Source: Paraspadella gotoi (lineage: Eukaryota; Animalia; Chaetognatha). From it: DNA of 64,000 nucleotides. The position numbers and the translations under genes are program-made. Positions within the stretch are counted from its first letter, which is position 1. Each line of letters starts with the position of its first letter. This document shows, piece by piece, positions 46,927-57,721 of the stretch. The DNA lies in NCBI GenBank assembly GCA_051294375.1, contig CM119266.1:10449789-10513788 (forward strand), in the 5' to 3' direction. The notes beneath the pieces are model-generated. The model had not been told where the DNA came from. It saw nothing but the letters and a program-made list of their open reading frames with translations, and searched no databases.

Positions 46927-47169
46927 AGTGGAGGATAGTATTTTTAGTAGAAAAATTCGACGCCAAGGTGAAATTGAAGGAGAATTTATTTAGTGTAACA
47001 TCGAAGGGAAAGAAATAATAATAATGAGCGCGAGAATAAAATAACAATGACTTTTATATGAACTACTTTGTTTATCAAAGTAGGAATGTAAACAGAATGG
47101 AATTTTAGGCCGAGAGAAATATTATTTTACATTTTTGTAATTTACTAAATTCTTTCTCCAATCTTCACT
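46927..47169 (-). repeat. 3' LTR of the inner element
   Basis: Direct repeat of 49564-49796 and inverted copy of 54120-54365; preceded (element sense) by the same ggtaacatggccg as the outer 3' LTR. Confidence 0.92.
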
Positions 47170-47417
47170 CGGCCATGTTACCAAAATTTCAAAAACAATT
47201 AAAATAATATTTCTAAAAATGATACTATAAAAATACTCAGGGTTAAAAAAAATATATTTTTAAGCCAAAATAACACTATAAATTCACAAGGTTCTACTTT
47301 AATTGTATCAGTCAATGGAATCGCGAATATATAAAAGGGAATTAATTTCAAGTTTTATTATACACTTTCTTTCAAAATAAATTTCATAAGCTAACAATTT
47401 TCAATCTAACAAAAAAA

Positions 47418-48360
47418 ATGTTTGCCATACTTCTTTTCTTTTTCTCGGTAAGTCGATGCTCTTTTCTTTAAAATTCACGTTATCAAACTTTTGTAAAACA
47501 AAAGCATATGAAAATTGCATTATGCAGACGAAAATAGATAAGAACGCAAAACAATTCAAATATAAAATCATAACGACGAATTCAATTTATAGAATAATTA
47601 TTTTCTAAAGCACAAATAAGTTGAATTCGAAATGCAATAATTTTTAATAATAATCAAACGGAAATAATATATAGACACAATTCAATCAAGAATGTATTCT
47701 TAAAGTATAACAATACAGCAAAATGCTCAGAATGCTAAGCTTATACAATGGTATTTAAAATCAACTAGGAATTAACATATAATGAACCATCAGTTGTTAA
47801 CAATTTTGACGAGATTGCTATTTTATATGTTTCGTAAATTCATCAATTTTTTCTATGGAAAAAAAAGAAAAAAACTTTCACTAATTTTTCGCGAAATAAG
47901 TTTACTGTCACATTGATTATTGATCGTTTCTGATTTAAATATTGGTTCAACATGCAATATTTATTTTTGATCAGTTATCACAATTAATAAATTTAACTTT
48001 TAGCTCACACATATAGCATCCCCCTCTCACACTCCATGGCAATCTTAACATATTCAAGCGACTTGTCCGCCGTTAAGAATCTCGCAGGTGTCAGGGTGAT
48101 CGGTGCCTTTCTCTTCAACCGTGAGTCAAAACCTGAATCTCAAAAGGTTTGATTAATACGACATACATGTAATCAAAATTAATTTATTATGATTAAATCA
48201 TCATTGAATTAATATATATTAATCAATTATACTAGTGAAATTTACAAGTGGTCACCCATTCTCTAATTCGTTCTACAGCACCGGCAAAGACCAGGCACAA
48301 ACGCCGTGCGCGTCTCCACGTTTAAACAAAAGACGCTCGCATCCATCAATTATCATTAAA
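47418..48360 (+). pseudogene. Antisense spliced unit of the inner element: leader exon 47418-47447, internal exon 48004-48120, last exon from 48279
   Basis: TATA-like tatataaaag at ~47328; MFAILLFFFS|gtaagt; exon 48004-48120 is open in phase 1 (...AGVRVIGAFLFN|gtgagt); acceptor ctacag at 48278. There is a phase mismatch at exon 1 (decay or a poly-T read error). Confidence 0.55.
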
Positions 48361-49547
48361 TTCGCCAATAATTTCTCATCCATTGAAATTGCATTTAATA
48401 ATTATTTGTCACATTTATTTAATAAAACAAGTAAAACGATTTGGAAATTACTCAAAAAAAAAACCAAAAAAATCCCAATAGTCAGCAATTGCAACGAAAT
48501 ACAACGAAGTATCTAGTGAAAATAAGAATACAAAATTCAAAATCCACATTTACGATATTGTCTCATTCGCGAAAATAAGATGAATTGCATCAATAGCGAT
48601 CTCCTGCATTTGCAGAAGCAGAGCGGCGAGCAGCCAAACGGGTAAGAGGCGGTCCGCAGGCGGGCATGGCACGGCAGTCCAGCGTTCTCATTTTGTCAAT
48701 CATTTTGATGAGGCTCTCTCTGGACAAGTTTGAACGAATAAGATGATCTCCAGGGAATACTTTAAATTCACCAGAGACTAGAGAATGGCACTTGAATGAA
48801 TTTGTGCTATTTTGGCAACTATTTCCCACGCATCTTGATCCACTTTCCTTTGAATTTTTCGTGGAGAACCAAGGAAAAATGAAGTTTTCTTCTTCTAGAC
48901 TAATCTCCAACTTTTAGATGAGATGTAATATCTCTCGGATTTTTGCGTTTCCGGCGTTGAAGGAACCGGTTCACATCATGGCGCAAAATGTCATTCTGAA
49001 GTTTCTCCTTGCTTCCAATGCTTCTCTCACACTCTTTGCCGGCGCCGTCACGCCGCTAGATGGCAGTTCTCCGTCCGGGTCCAACAGGTTTGCAGATGAA
49101 CGACAAAATGGACGCAGAGGACTTTTTCCAGATAAATATCTGTACAGTTGAATTGTAAACAACTCTAGCTTCGCCGACGAGAGAATGAAATGGAAGATGA
49201 GGTTCATGTTCTTGTAATTTGAGCATTATTCTCGTAATAGAATTGATGAATCTCTCTACTTTAGACTGACATCTTGACACATTTGCCAATCCATGTATCA
49301 ACTCCACTCCATGTTGACTAAGGATATTTGGCTGAGGGAGTGTTTGATTTACAAAGAGCATTGTCAGCATGGATGCGACATGTAAAATTTCGCATACCCT
49401 CATCCATGACACAAAAAAAACACCCATTTTATATCATTTTGCGATGACGTTTTCTCGTTTCTTCAAAAAGTCCAATGCCAAAAGTTCATCTTTTGCCATT
49501 CTCAGACGCATCTTCTTTGAAGGTGTAATCCCACCAATTAGGTGGGA

Positions 49548-49563
49548 CCCACCGCTGCCACCA
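49548..49563 (-). promoter_or_regulatory. Primer-binding site complementary to the tRNA-Leu 3' end
   Basis: Minus strand reads TGGTGGCAGCGGTGGG directly after the 5' LTR, complementary to the ...CCCACCGCTGCCA-CCA end of eukaryotic tRNA-Leu. Confidence 0.85.
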
Positions 49564-49796
49564 AGTGGAGGATAGTATTTTTAGTAGAAAATAATTGACG
49601 CCAAGGTGAAATTGAAGGAGAATTTATTTAGTGTAACATCGAAGGGAAGAAATAATAAAATGGCGCGAGAAATAATAACAATGACTTTTATATGAACACT
49701 TTATTTATCAAATAGGAATGTAAACGAGAATGGAATTTAGGCGAAGAAATATTATTTACATTGTAATTTACTATATTCTTTCTCCTCATCTTCACT
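49564..49796 (-). repeat. 5' LTR of the inner element
   Basis: Direct repeat of 46927-47169, adjacent to the PBS. Confidence 0.92.
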
Positions 49797-51870
49797 GAAT
49801 CTAGAGCAAATCCAGCTGATGTTGTGAGCAGATGGAAGAAAATGATGGAGGAGATGGTACTTATGACAGAAGATTTCTCCAAGGCAGGATTCTGAATGGT
49901 AAAGGAGAAAAAGTTCCGCTTGAATCACTTCTGAATAAAAGTATTTAGATGAATTGTGTCTCATTTTTGAAAGCAAGAAGAGGACTACTATGTCTAAGCT
50001 TAATGTCTCCCACATTGAAATGTCCAGCCGGGACCGACTCCGGATATGGATGACACTGAGTGGACGCATTTTCCGGCAAATGATTCCACTGATCCGGCAC
50101 ACCCTCCGTCGGCAGTCGGTGACACAAGTAGAGTGTTCATCAGATGACTGGGATCCGGACAATCTAATAGAGAAGGAATTAGACAAAAGGAGCTATTCCA
50201 TCTCTTCAATTGTGCTACTCACAGTAGAGTGACAAGGCGTCGCAGAAAGCGTGAAATCAAGAGTGGAAAGGTCTTCTTGCCCCTTGGACAGTCTCAATTG
50301 TTCAACTCTCAGATAAAGATGTAGCTTCAGGCCACACTGAGGAAGTTGACGAAGTTGTGGATGAGCCAATTAAAGCCAAGGAAGTTCCAGTTTTTGCAGA
50401 CAAAGTTCTCCAGAAAATCTTGGAAATGTCAACAGGCGCCTGATGTGAGTGAAAAAATTGATTATTTGAAGGAAAAAAGGAAGTTACCAGATAAACATGA
50501 AGCTTTTTTTATCTATGGGGACTTTGGCATTCCTTCGTCACCGCAGTCTCTTCATCATCAGTAATCAGGGAGTGCTACTGCGCTTGTGACAGCCCCTGAT
50601 GAGGAATCAAGTTTCTCCTTGTTGTGTCTGAGATGGTATTTAATCGTCTTTTGAGTAAGACTCATGAAACAAAATTTGCTGCGGTCAATCAAGGTTCTGA
50701 TCATGTTGTTGTTGGTGATCGTGATCCTGTATCAACTCATGCTGGAGTGAATTGAACCTTAAAAACTGGGAAAAAGTTACTACATACTTGGGATGAGAGA
50801 GAAGATTTCTACATACATCAGGAATTGTGCAATCTGCCTTCAGAACAATCACCAAAAAGGTTCCAGAGATGAAGGAGGGATGCAGACACCCATGGAGCCA
50901 GGAAACTCCGTTGCAATTGACTTTGCAGGACCCTTCCACAATGATGCTGCATTTCCGTACATTTTTTGTGCTGTGGACCTCTTCTCCAGATATGCATGGG
51001 CATATCCTACAAAATCTACGCAAGACAAAGAAGTAGAGGATAGTCTAATGAAGATAAGACAAGAGTGGAGTGGTTTACCTCATCGCATCCATGCTGACAA
51101 TGCTCTTTGTAATCAAACACTCCCTCAGCCAATATCCTTAGTCAACATGGAGTGGAGTTGATACATGGATTGGCAAATGTGTCAAGATGTCAGTCTAAAG
51201 TAGAGAGATTCATCAATTCAATTACGAGAATAATGCTCAAATTCAAGAACATGAACCTCATCTTCCATTTCATTCTCTCGTCGGCGAAGCTAGAGTAGTT
51301 TACAATTCAACTTGTACAGATATTCTATCTGGAAAAGTCCATCTGACGTCCATTTTTGTCGTTCATCTGCAAACCTGTTGGACCCGGACGGAGAACTGCC
51401 ATCTAGCGGCGTGACGGCGCCGGCAAAGAGTGTGAGAGAAACATTGGAAGCAAGGAGGAGACTTCAGAATGACATTTTGCACCATGACGTGAACTGGTTC
51501 CTTCAACGCCGGAAACGCGAGAATCGGAGAGATATCACGTCGCATCGAAAAATTGGAGATCTCGTTATGAAGAAACGTACTTCGTTTTTCCCTGGTTCTC
51601 CAAGGAAAATTCAAAGGAAAGTGGATCAAGATGCGTGGGAAATAGTTTCCAAAATAGCAACGAATTCATTCAAGTGCCATTCTCTAGTCTCTGGTGAATT
51701 TAAAGTATTCCCTGGAGATCATCTTATTCGTTCAAACTTATCCAGAGAAAGTCTCATCAAAATGGTTGACAAAATGAGAACGCTGGACCGCCGTGCCATG
51801 CCCGCCGGCGGACCGCCTCTTACCCGTTTGGCTGCTCTGCTTCTGCAAATGCAGGGATCGCTATTGATGC
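49797..51870 (+). pseudogene. pol: pol continuation: linker and integrase (HHCC, DDE core, C-terminal domain), frameshifted
   Basis: ...THAG...MREKISTYIRNCAIC; VAIDFAGPF...CAVDLFSRYAWAYP...IHADNA; SKVERF; RKIGDLVMKK...WEIVSKIATNSFKC. Confidence 0.9.
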
Positions 51871-52036
51871 AATTCATCTTATTTTCGCCGAAACAGACAA
51901 TATTGTCAATGTGGAATTTTGAATTTTGTATTTTTATTCTCACTAAATACTTCATTGTATTTCGTTGCAATTGCTAACTATTCGGATTAATTTTTAGAAT
52001 ATTTTGTTTGAGTAAATACCAAATCGTTTGAATTGT

Positions 52037-53873
52037 TTAATTAAAATATGACAATGAATTATTACATGCAATTTCAATAGATGAGAATATATTGGCGAAA
52101 TTAATGATAATTGATGGATGCGAGCGTCTTTTGTTTAAACGTGGGAGATGCGCACGGCGTTTGTGCCGGGTCTGCCGTGGCTGTAGAACGAATTAGAGAA
52201 TGGGTGACCACTTGTAAATTTCACTGTATATTTGATTAATATATATTATTCAATCATTATTATACTCACATAGTAGACATTTTCAAGCCGGAAAAAGCCG
52301 TCGGGATCCTTCTTTCGAAGGCATTGGCGGAGGGCGGTGATCAAGGCTGTAAGAGAGAAATAGAAAATGGTCATGACTATGCAATTGATTATTCTAATAC
52401 TAATCATGTTAATTCCTATTAATTCGTGTGTGTACTAATATTGATTTTATTGAAAATTAGGATGCTTGACTCACTGTTCAGGATCAGAGCGCCGATTAGG
52501 CCCCAGACGCCCGCGATGATGCTGGCTTGGCGCTTGTAGTCCTCCTTGAAGTTGTCCAGAACTTCGTCGAACTTGTTGGAGCCTCTTCGAAGGGCCCGAT
52601 GATGATGTGGCCCTGTGTGTCGGTCACTGAGAAGTGTCCGGTTTGTCCGGTTTTCTGTAGGGAGAGAGGTATGAGAAGGATACAACTACAAATAAGTTGG
52701 GAGTAAAAAACATTCATATGATACATACCATACCGCTCCGGCGAAGTTCTTCCCGGATTGTTGTATCCGGGCATTGAACTTCCATCCGGCAAGGTGGGAG
52801 TGTGCCGGAATCGGCGAGAGAGATGATGAGCTGGGTGGATCATTGTATCATTAGTAGTTGGGATCCTTACCTCTCCTATTCCTTACCATTATTATGTTAT
52901 ACCTCCTCAATTGTCAATAGAAAGGGGTCCTAAAAGGTCCCTATCCCCTAGGCCCTGTCTTATAAAGAGAGATATAGGTTATGCTTAAGGGTTCATATAT
53001 TAATTTTTTTATGTCTTATGCCTCAACAGGTTGCATTTCAAAGGATCCGGAAACGACGGCATTCTGGACCTCGGCGTCGACGCAGGGGAGGCGGACATTT
53101 AATGCCGCCGCCCGGACTTGGCATCCAGAGCGGCGACAGAAAATGCACGCCAACACTGTGAAGACAACGAGAAAAAGAATGGCGCCGACCGCGATTCCCG
53201 CAATCTGCCTACCAGTGAGACCCTCGCCGATCTCCTCAATGAATTGGGTAATAGTCACAGTAAAGGGGTACCTGGGCCTATTAGGCACGACGACCACTAC
53301 TCCACTGTGATTGATTATCGATTCGCAGGTGTCTACCATATAGATTGAAAGATCGGTGAGAAAAATTGGTGCCTAAAAGTTTAACCTTAATGGCGATTAG
53401 ATCGCTTAAATGTGTTAAGATAAGCCTAATGTGTGAGATAAAAGTTATTTTGTTAATTTTGATAACTGATCAAAAATAAATAAATTTGCATGTTGAACCA
53501 ATATTTAAATCAGAAACGATCAATAATCAGTGAGACAGTAAACTTAATTCGCGAAAAATTAGTGAAAGTTTTTTTTTGTTTTTTTTTCCATAAAAAAAAA
53601 TTTGATGATATTTTATTTCCGTTTTGAATTTTTTTAAAAATTATTGCATTTCGAATTCAGCTTATTTGTGCTTTTAGAAGAATAATTATTCTATAAATTG
53701 AATTCGTCGTTATGATTTTATATTTGAATTGTTTTGCATTCTATAACTATTATCGTCTGCATGATATATTTTTTTCTTCATATAGCTTTTGTTTTACAAA
53801 AAGTTTGATAACGTGATTTTTTTTTAAAAAAAGAGCATCGACTTACCGTAAGAAGAAAGAGTATGGCAATCAT
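52037..53873 (-). CDS. Antisense retrotransposon-borne five-exon type I membrane protein (isoform B, 174 aa). Exons 53873-53847, 52830-52734, 52654-52475, 52346-52270, 52180-52037
   Basis: All introns are GT-AG and the phases (0,1,1,0) give one open 525-nt frame. Signal peptide MIAILFLLTLIISLADS, Cys pair, two NRT sequons, TM IIAGVWGLIGALILNTLITAL, then RQCLRKK and a basic tail. The frame of the last exon is the least certain part. Confidence 0.7.
53016..53873 (-). CDS. Antisense retrotransposon-borne membrane protein (isoform A, 127 aa). Exons 53873-53847, 53372-53016
   Basis: MIAILFLLT|gtaagt joins in phase 0 to ttttag|APIFLTD...; TM IAGIAVGAILFLVVFTVLACIFC followed by RR; ends at TAA. Confidence 0.7.
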
Positions 53874-53951
53874 ATTTTTTTGTTAGGTCGAAAATTGTTA
53901 GTTTGTGAATTTTTTGTAAGATTGTGTGGACTGAAACTTGAAATTAATTCC

Positions 53952-53961
53952 CTTTTATATA
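53952..53961 (-). promoter_or_regulatory. TATA-like box upstream of the antisense leader exon
   Basis: TATATAAAAG ~80 bp upstream of the ATG, conserved in the inner copy at ~47328. Confidence 0.45.
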
Positions 53962-54119
53962 TTCGCGATTTTATTGACCGTTACATTTAATGTCTCACCT
54001 TGTGTATTTTATAGTGTTATTTTGGCTAAAAATATTATTTTTTTTAACCCTGAGTAAATTTGTAGTATCATTTTTAGAAATATTATTTTGTTTTTTTTGA
54101 AATTTTGGTAACATGGCCG

Positions 54120-54365
54120 AGTGAAGATTGGGAGAAAGAATTCAGTAAATTACAAAAATGTAAATAATATTTTTCTCGGCCTAAAATTCCATTCTCATTT
54201 ACATTCCTACTTTGATAAACAAAGTAGTTCATATAAAAGGCATTGTTATTTTATTCTCGCGCTCATTATTATTATTTCTTTCCCTTCGATGTTTCACTAA
54301 ATAAATTCTCCTTCAATTTCACCTTGGCGTCGAATTATTTTCTACTAAAAATACCATCCTCCACT
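54120..54365 (+). repeat. 3' LTR of the outer element (246 bp)
   Basis: agtgaagat...atcctccact; inverted copy of 46927-47169; followed by TSD AGAA. Confidence 0.92.
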
Positions 54366-54824
54366 AGAATTAACAAAATACACAAATTTAAAAGAATCGT
54401 TTAAAAAATTTCTCGTAAAACCCCCAACAGGCAAGGTTGCCGAATTCCATCTCAAAACCATGACGAGACTATAATACTTTGCATCCCTTGTCCGAAAAAT
54501 CTCTTCCCCAACCGATAGCTCACCGCCGCCCCTTACTTTAATTTGCTTTGGAGTTTCCAAATCCCGGCTTTTGTTGAATAGCCGCGCAAACCAACCAGTG
54601 CGTCGCCGCACCGATGATGCCACCGACGTCAAAATTTGATGCGAAGAGGGCGCCGGGGACTCCACCGGTGCTGCTTTCATCCCTGCAGCACTGACCTCAC
54701 CCCGACTTGTCCCAATTCCTGGCAGAGATGATCTAAAAATAAAAGAAATACCTGTAAATAGAGTTCTTTACGGCTCCAATCTCTTCCTATCCCCCTCTTT
54801 TTGTTGCAGTACATCTCTATCCAT
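54366..54824 (-). pseudogene. 5' half of the orphan gene split by the LTR insertion (54824-54772, 39-nt intron, 54732-54366); reconstructed protein ~263 aa
   Basis: MDRDVLQQKEGDRKRLEP|gtaaag...ttttag in phase 2; the frame runs into the TSD and resumes at 46439. Confidence 0.65.
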
Positions 54825-55383
54825 GTTTATTTTACTTTTTATTCATTTGTTCAATTTTTGTAAATTGTTGACTGAAGTATATCATATTGAAAGTATTTAT
54901 TCGAGTCCCTGGCCGGAATAATATTAGCGTTAAGGGAGAGGAGAGAGAGAGAGAGAGAGACGGGGACGGACGAAGGGCGAATTCGAGACTCACGAAGACT
55001 GAACTAAAAAAGGGGCGGCTCCTCGGGAGAGGGATTGGAAGAGGAGGATGAGGATCGAGGTTGCGATAAGAAAATTAAATATTTGCAAAACCCGAAATGA
55101 CAATAACTATAAAATTTCCAAAAGACAACGTTTACTAAAGTGTTTTCTGGTTTTTACATTTAAACCAGTTTCCCGGGTATGTTAAGCAAAACATCGCCTG
55201 ATAAAGACGAGTCCGGATATGTATCCTTGCTCTCATTTACTATTTTTATTGCTCATCTAAATCCATTGGCCCAAGCAATTTAATATTACAACTGTAACAT
55301 AAGTGGCTGATGTAGCATAGTGCAGCCAATGAGATGCTGTCGCTAGTTGCTAGCTAGTACCGATAACTACTTTCTAGTTTCTT

Positions 55384-55626
55384 TCAAGATTTACTTACTT
55401 TCATACAAACAAAGTTGTATCCTTCTTCCTCTCCCTTGTAGTGATGGGGATCGAATTCCCAAACGAAGCACTTATCGCAATAGTGCCCGGCAGTAGGTGC
55501 ATTAGGTGTGCATCGTCCTCCGTCGTACATACAAATCACGATTCGACCTGTCAAACATGTCAAACGCGCGCGCGAGAGACAAATCACCGCCGCGGTTCCG
55601 TCCCGCGCGCGAACAGACATTTCGGG

Positions 55627-55666
<40 letters not shown>

Positions 55667-55745
55667 ATACACCGACGTCTGTTCAGTCCCCCATATACCG
55701 ACGTCTGTTCCGTCCCCGACGAAACAGACACTTGGAATCAAGGGC
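55384..55745 (-). CDS. Possible small Cys-rich spliced orphan gene; 5' end unresolved
   Basis: cag|PLIPSVCFVGDGTDV|gtatat can join tgacag|RIVICMYDGGRCTPNAPTAGHYCDKCFVWEF...CMKVSKS*. Confidence 0.35.
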
Positions 55746-55966
55746 TGTATTACTTTTTTACGGCTTAAAGCCAAGGCGCCCCTATATTTTCAAAACTCGT
55801 CAAACCGTTGACAGCTCCTAGCCAGAGGCAATGTTTACCTTCTGTCACACAGAGAGAGCGCGTCCTCATAAAAAACTTTTCACGAATATGCGGGTTCCCC
55901 CGGCTATCTTATTCAATAGTTAACTTGCATCAATAGAACTATTCATTGGCAAATATTTTTTATTAT

Positions 55967-56315
55967 TCAAACATAAGTTTCTACATCTAACAAAGGAACA
56001 AAACTAACTACGACATTGTTACGGGCATTAGGGAATAAACTAGAAACTAACCTACGAATTTTATTTCTGCATGCACACGACAATATTACAATGAGAGAAA
56101 CAATAATCAACGCGGCCAAAAATATGATCACGATCTCCGTCTCGTGCCCGGATGATTGAACTCGAACATCTTCCCCGATCATCGTACTGGATAATCTTTA
56201 AAGTAATAAACAAAACATTTTTAAAATCTATTTTCAATTTTAAATATACTATTATTACTTACGCGATCGTCATCGGATTCGCACTCATTTCAAAATAATA
56301 TTTTTTGATAGCCAT
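55967..56315 (-). CDS. Two-exon small single-pass membrane protein (93 aa). Exons 56315-56263, 56195-55967
   Basis: Phase-2 gtaagt...aag intron keeps the frame; TM IVIIFLAALIIVSLIVILSCAC then RNKIRR; C-terminus ETYV. Confidence 0.7.
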
Positions 56316-56470
56316 TTTTTCGAATTTTAAATTTTTAGTTTCTTCTTTACAAACCTCGATCGTTTCAAACGAGGAAAGTATTCGAAACCCGTGCCAAAAA
56401 AAGTTAAAATATATTATCTAGACACGAGAGAGAGAGAGAGAGAGACCGAACGACAGCGGAGAGACCGAAT

Positions 56471-56504
<34 letters not shown>

Positions 56505-57721
56505 TCAGTCGACCGCTTCGTACGTGGGGAAAGCGACGGGAGTTAAATAACGATCCCCTCCATCCGCTTCATCCTCCCCCCAGTCCGTTCCCCAACTAGC
56601 GAGATCTTCTTCGCTCTCCCCCACCCTTTCCAGCTCCCCGTAAACGGTTTCCCCCCCATCGGCGGGAGCGTGAACCTGTGGATGGTGGACGAAAGACTTC
56701 GGCAGCGTGTTATGACGCCGCAACGGCTGACCAAAATTGGCGGTCAAGTCCACGTAGGGGGAATCCCTCGTCGCGGGGAGCCGTCGCACTCGACCCGGTA
56801 GAGTTTTCCCCTCGATCGATCTTCCCGCGCCGATTCTCGGTAAGGTCGACATTTCGAGACACTCCCTTGAGGGGGGAGGAGTCGGGCGTCTCCCCGGACG
56901 ACGTCCACCCCGCTTCACACGCCGAATCACGTAAAATAAACCTACGACCACCAGACAGATGGCCGTAGGTCCGACGTAACTCGCAAAATCGACGTTGACG
57001 GGAGAATTATCACCCGGCTGTAAAAAAATTAAAAACTAATCAATTTCGAACGAAAGAGAAAAATTGGCTATTAGCATCGATTACCTCGTCATCATCATCG
57101 GGTTCGTTTCCCCGCCCTTCCTCGATCTCGCCATCTGCCCCCGACGCCTGAAAATTTTTTTCGGATATAACGATTGCCCTAAAGACGCGAGACCCGCATA
57201 TTTTTTACCTCGGTTCCATCGGGCGCGAATGCTCCGGGCGCTCGATCGGTCCCATTCACCGCGAGAATCGCCGTCGTCGTCGTTGAAGCGGCACTCGTCG
57301 TCGTCGGCGCGGCACCCCTCGTCGTCGGCGCGGTACTACCGATCGACGGCGCGGTACTCTTCCTCGGAGGCGCGGTTATCGTCGTCGTCGTCGTCGTCGG
57401 CGCGATCCGCGTTTCGATCGAGATCGCGCCCCGCGTTTCGATCGCCGGCGTCGTACCGATCGTCGTTCTCCCCGTCGCCGCCCCCCGGGAAATGTCGGCC
57501 TTCACGCGCGCCAGTTCGAGAACTCGTTTGAAAAAAACGTTCCAATCGACGACGGGCGCCGTCGGCGCGATGGTCGAAGTCGGCGAGGTTATTCTCGACG
57601 TCGAAGCGGTGACGGCCGGTGGCTCAGTATAATACCCCCCGTAGTAATAATAGTCATCCGGGATGACTGGGTGAGCGAAGGTGAGCGTGAAACAGCACAT
57701 CGTGAAGACGAGTGGAATCAT
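56505..57721 (-). CDS. Three-exon mucin-like type I membrane protein (362 aa) with cytoplasmic tyrosine motifs. Exons 57721-57209, 57147-57085, 57017-56505
   Basis: Phase-0 GT-AG introns give an open 1089-nt frame. Signal peptide, Thr/Pro-rich stalk, TM AICLVVVGLFYVI then RRVKR; tail contains PYVDL, TVYGEL, RYLTP, TYEAV. Confidence 0.8.

Larger units (their letters stand above)
46927..49796 (-). mobile_element. Non-autonomous 2.87-kb copy of the same LTR family, inserted in inverted orientation into the outer pol
   Basis: Two LTRs (46927-47169, 49564-49796) with AGT...ACT ends; TSD GAAT (46923-46926 and 49797-49800); PBS; a gag-like stub fused near 49380 to the integrase 3' part (reverse complement of ~51082-52250). 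Confidence 0.92.
46444..54365 (+). mobile_element. Ty3/gypsy-type LTR retrotransposon (outer copy); most of the 5' LTR, gag, protease and RT are deleted
   Basis: Begins with the 11-bp LTR stub agtgaagattg (same as the start of the 3' LTR at 54120) and ends ...atcctccact. 4-bp TSD AGAA at 46440-46443 and 54366-54369. RNase H precedes integrase. Confidence 0.9.

Noticed and set aside
49548-49563. tRNA-Leu gene
   Set aside because: Only the 3' 16 nt including CCA, adjacent to an LTR; this is a PBS.
46927-54365. Large inverted repeat as Polinton TIRs or a chimeric fold-back read
   Set aside because: Fully explained by two same-family LTR elements, each with its own TSD and differing internal content.
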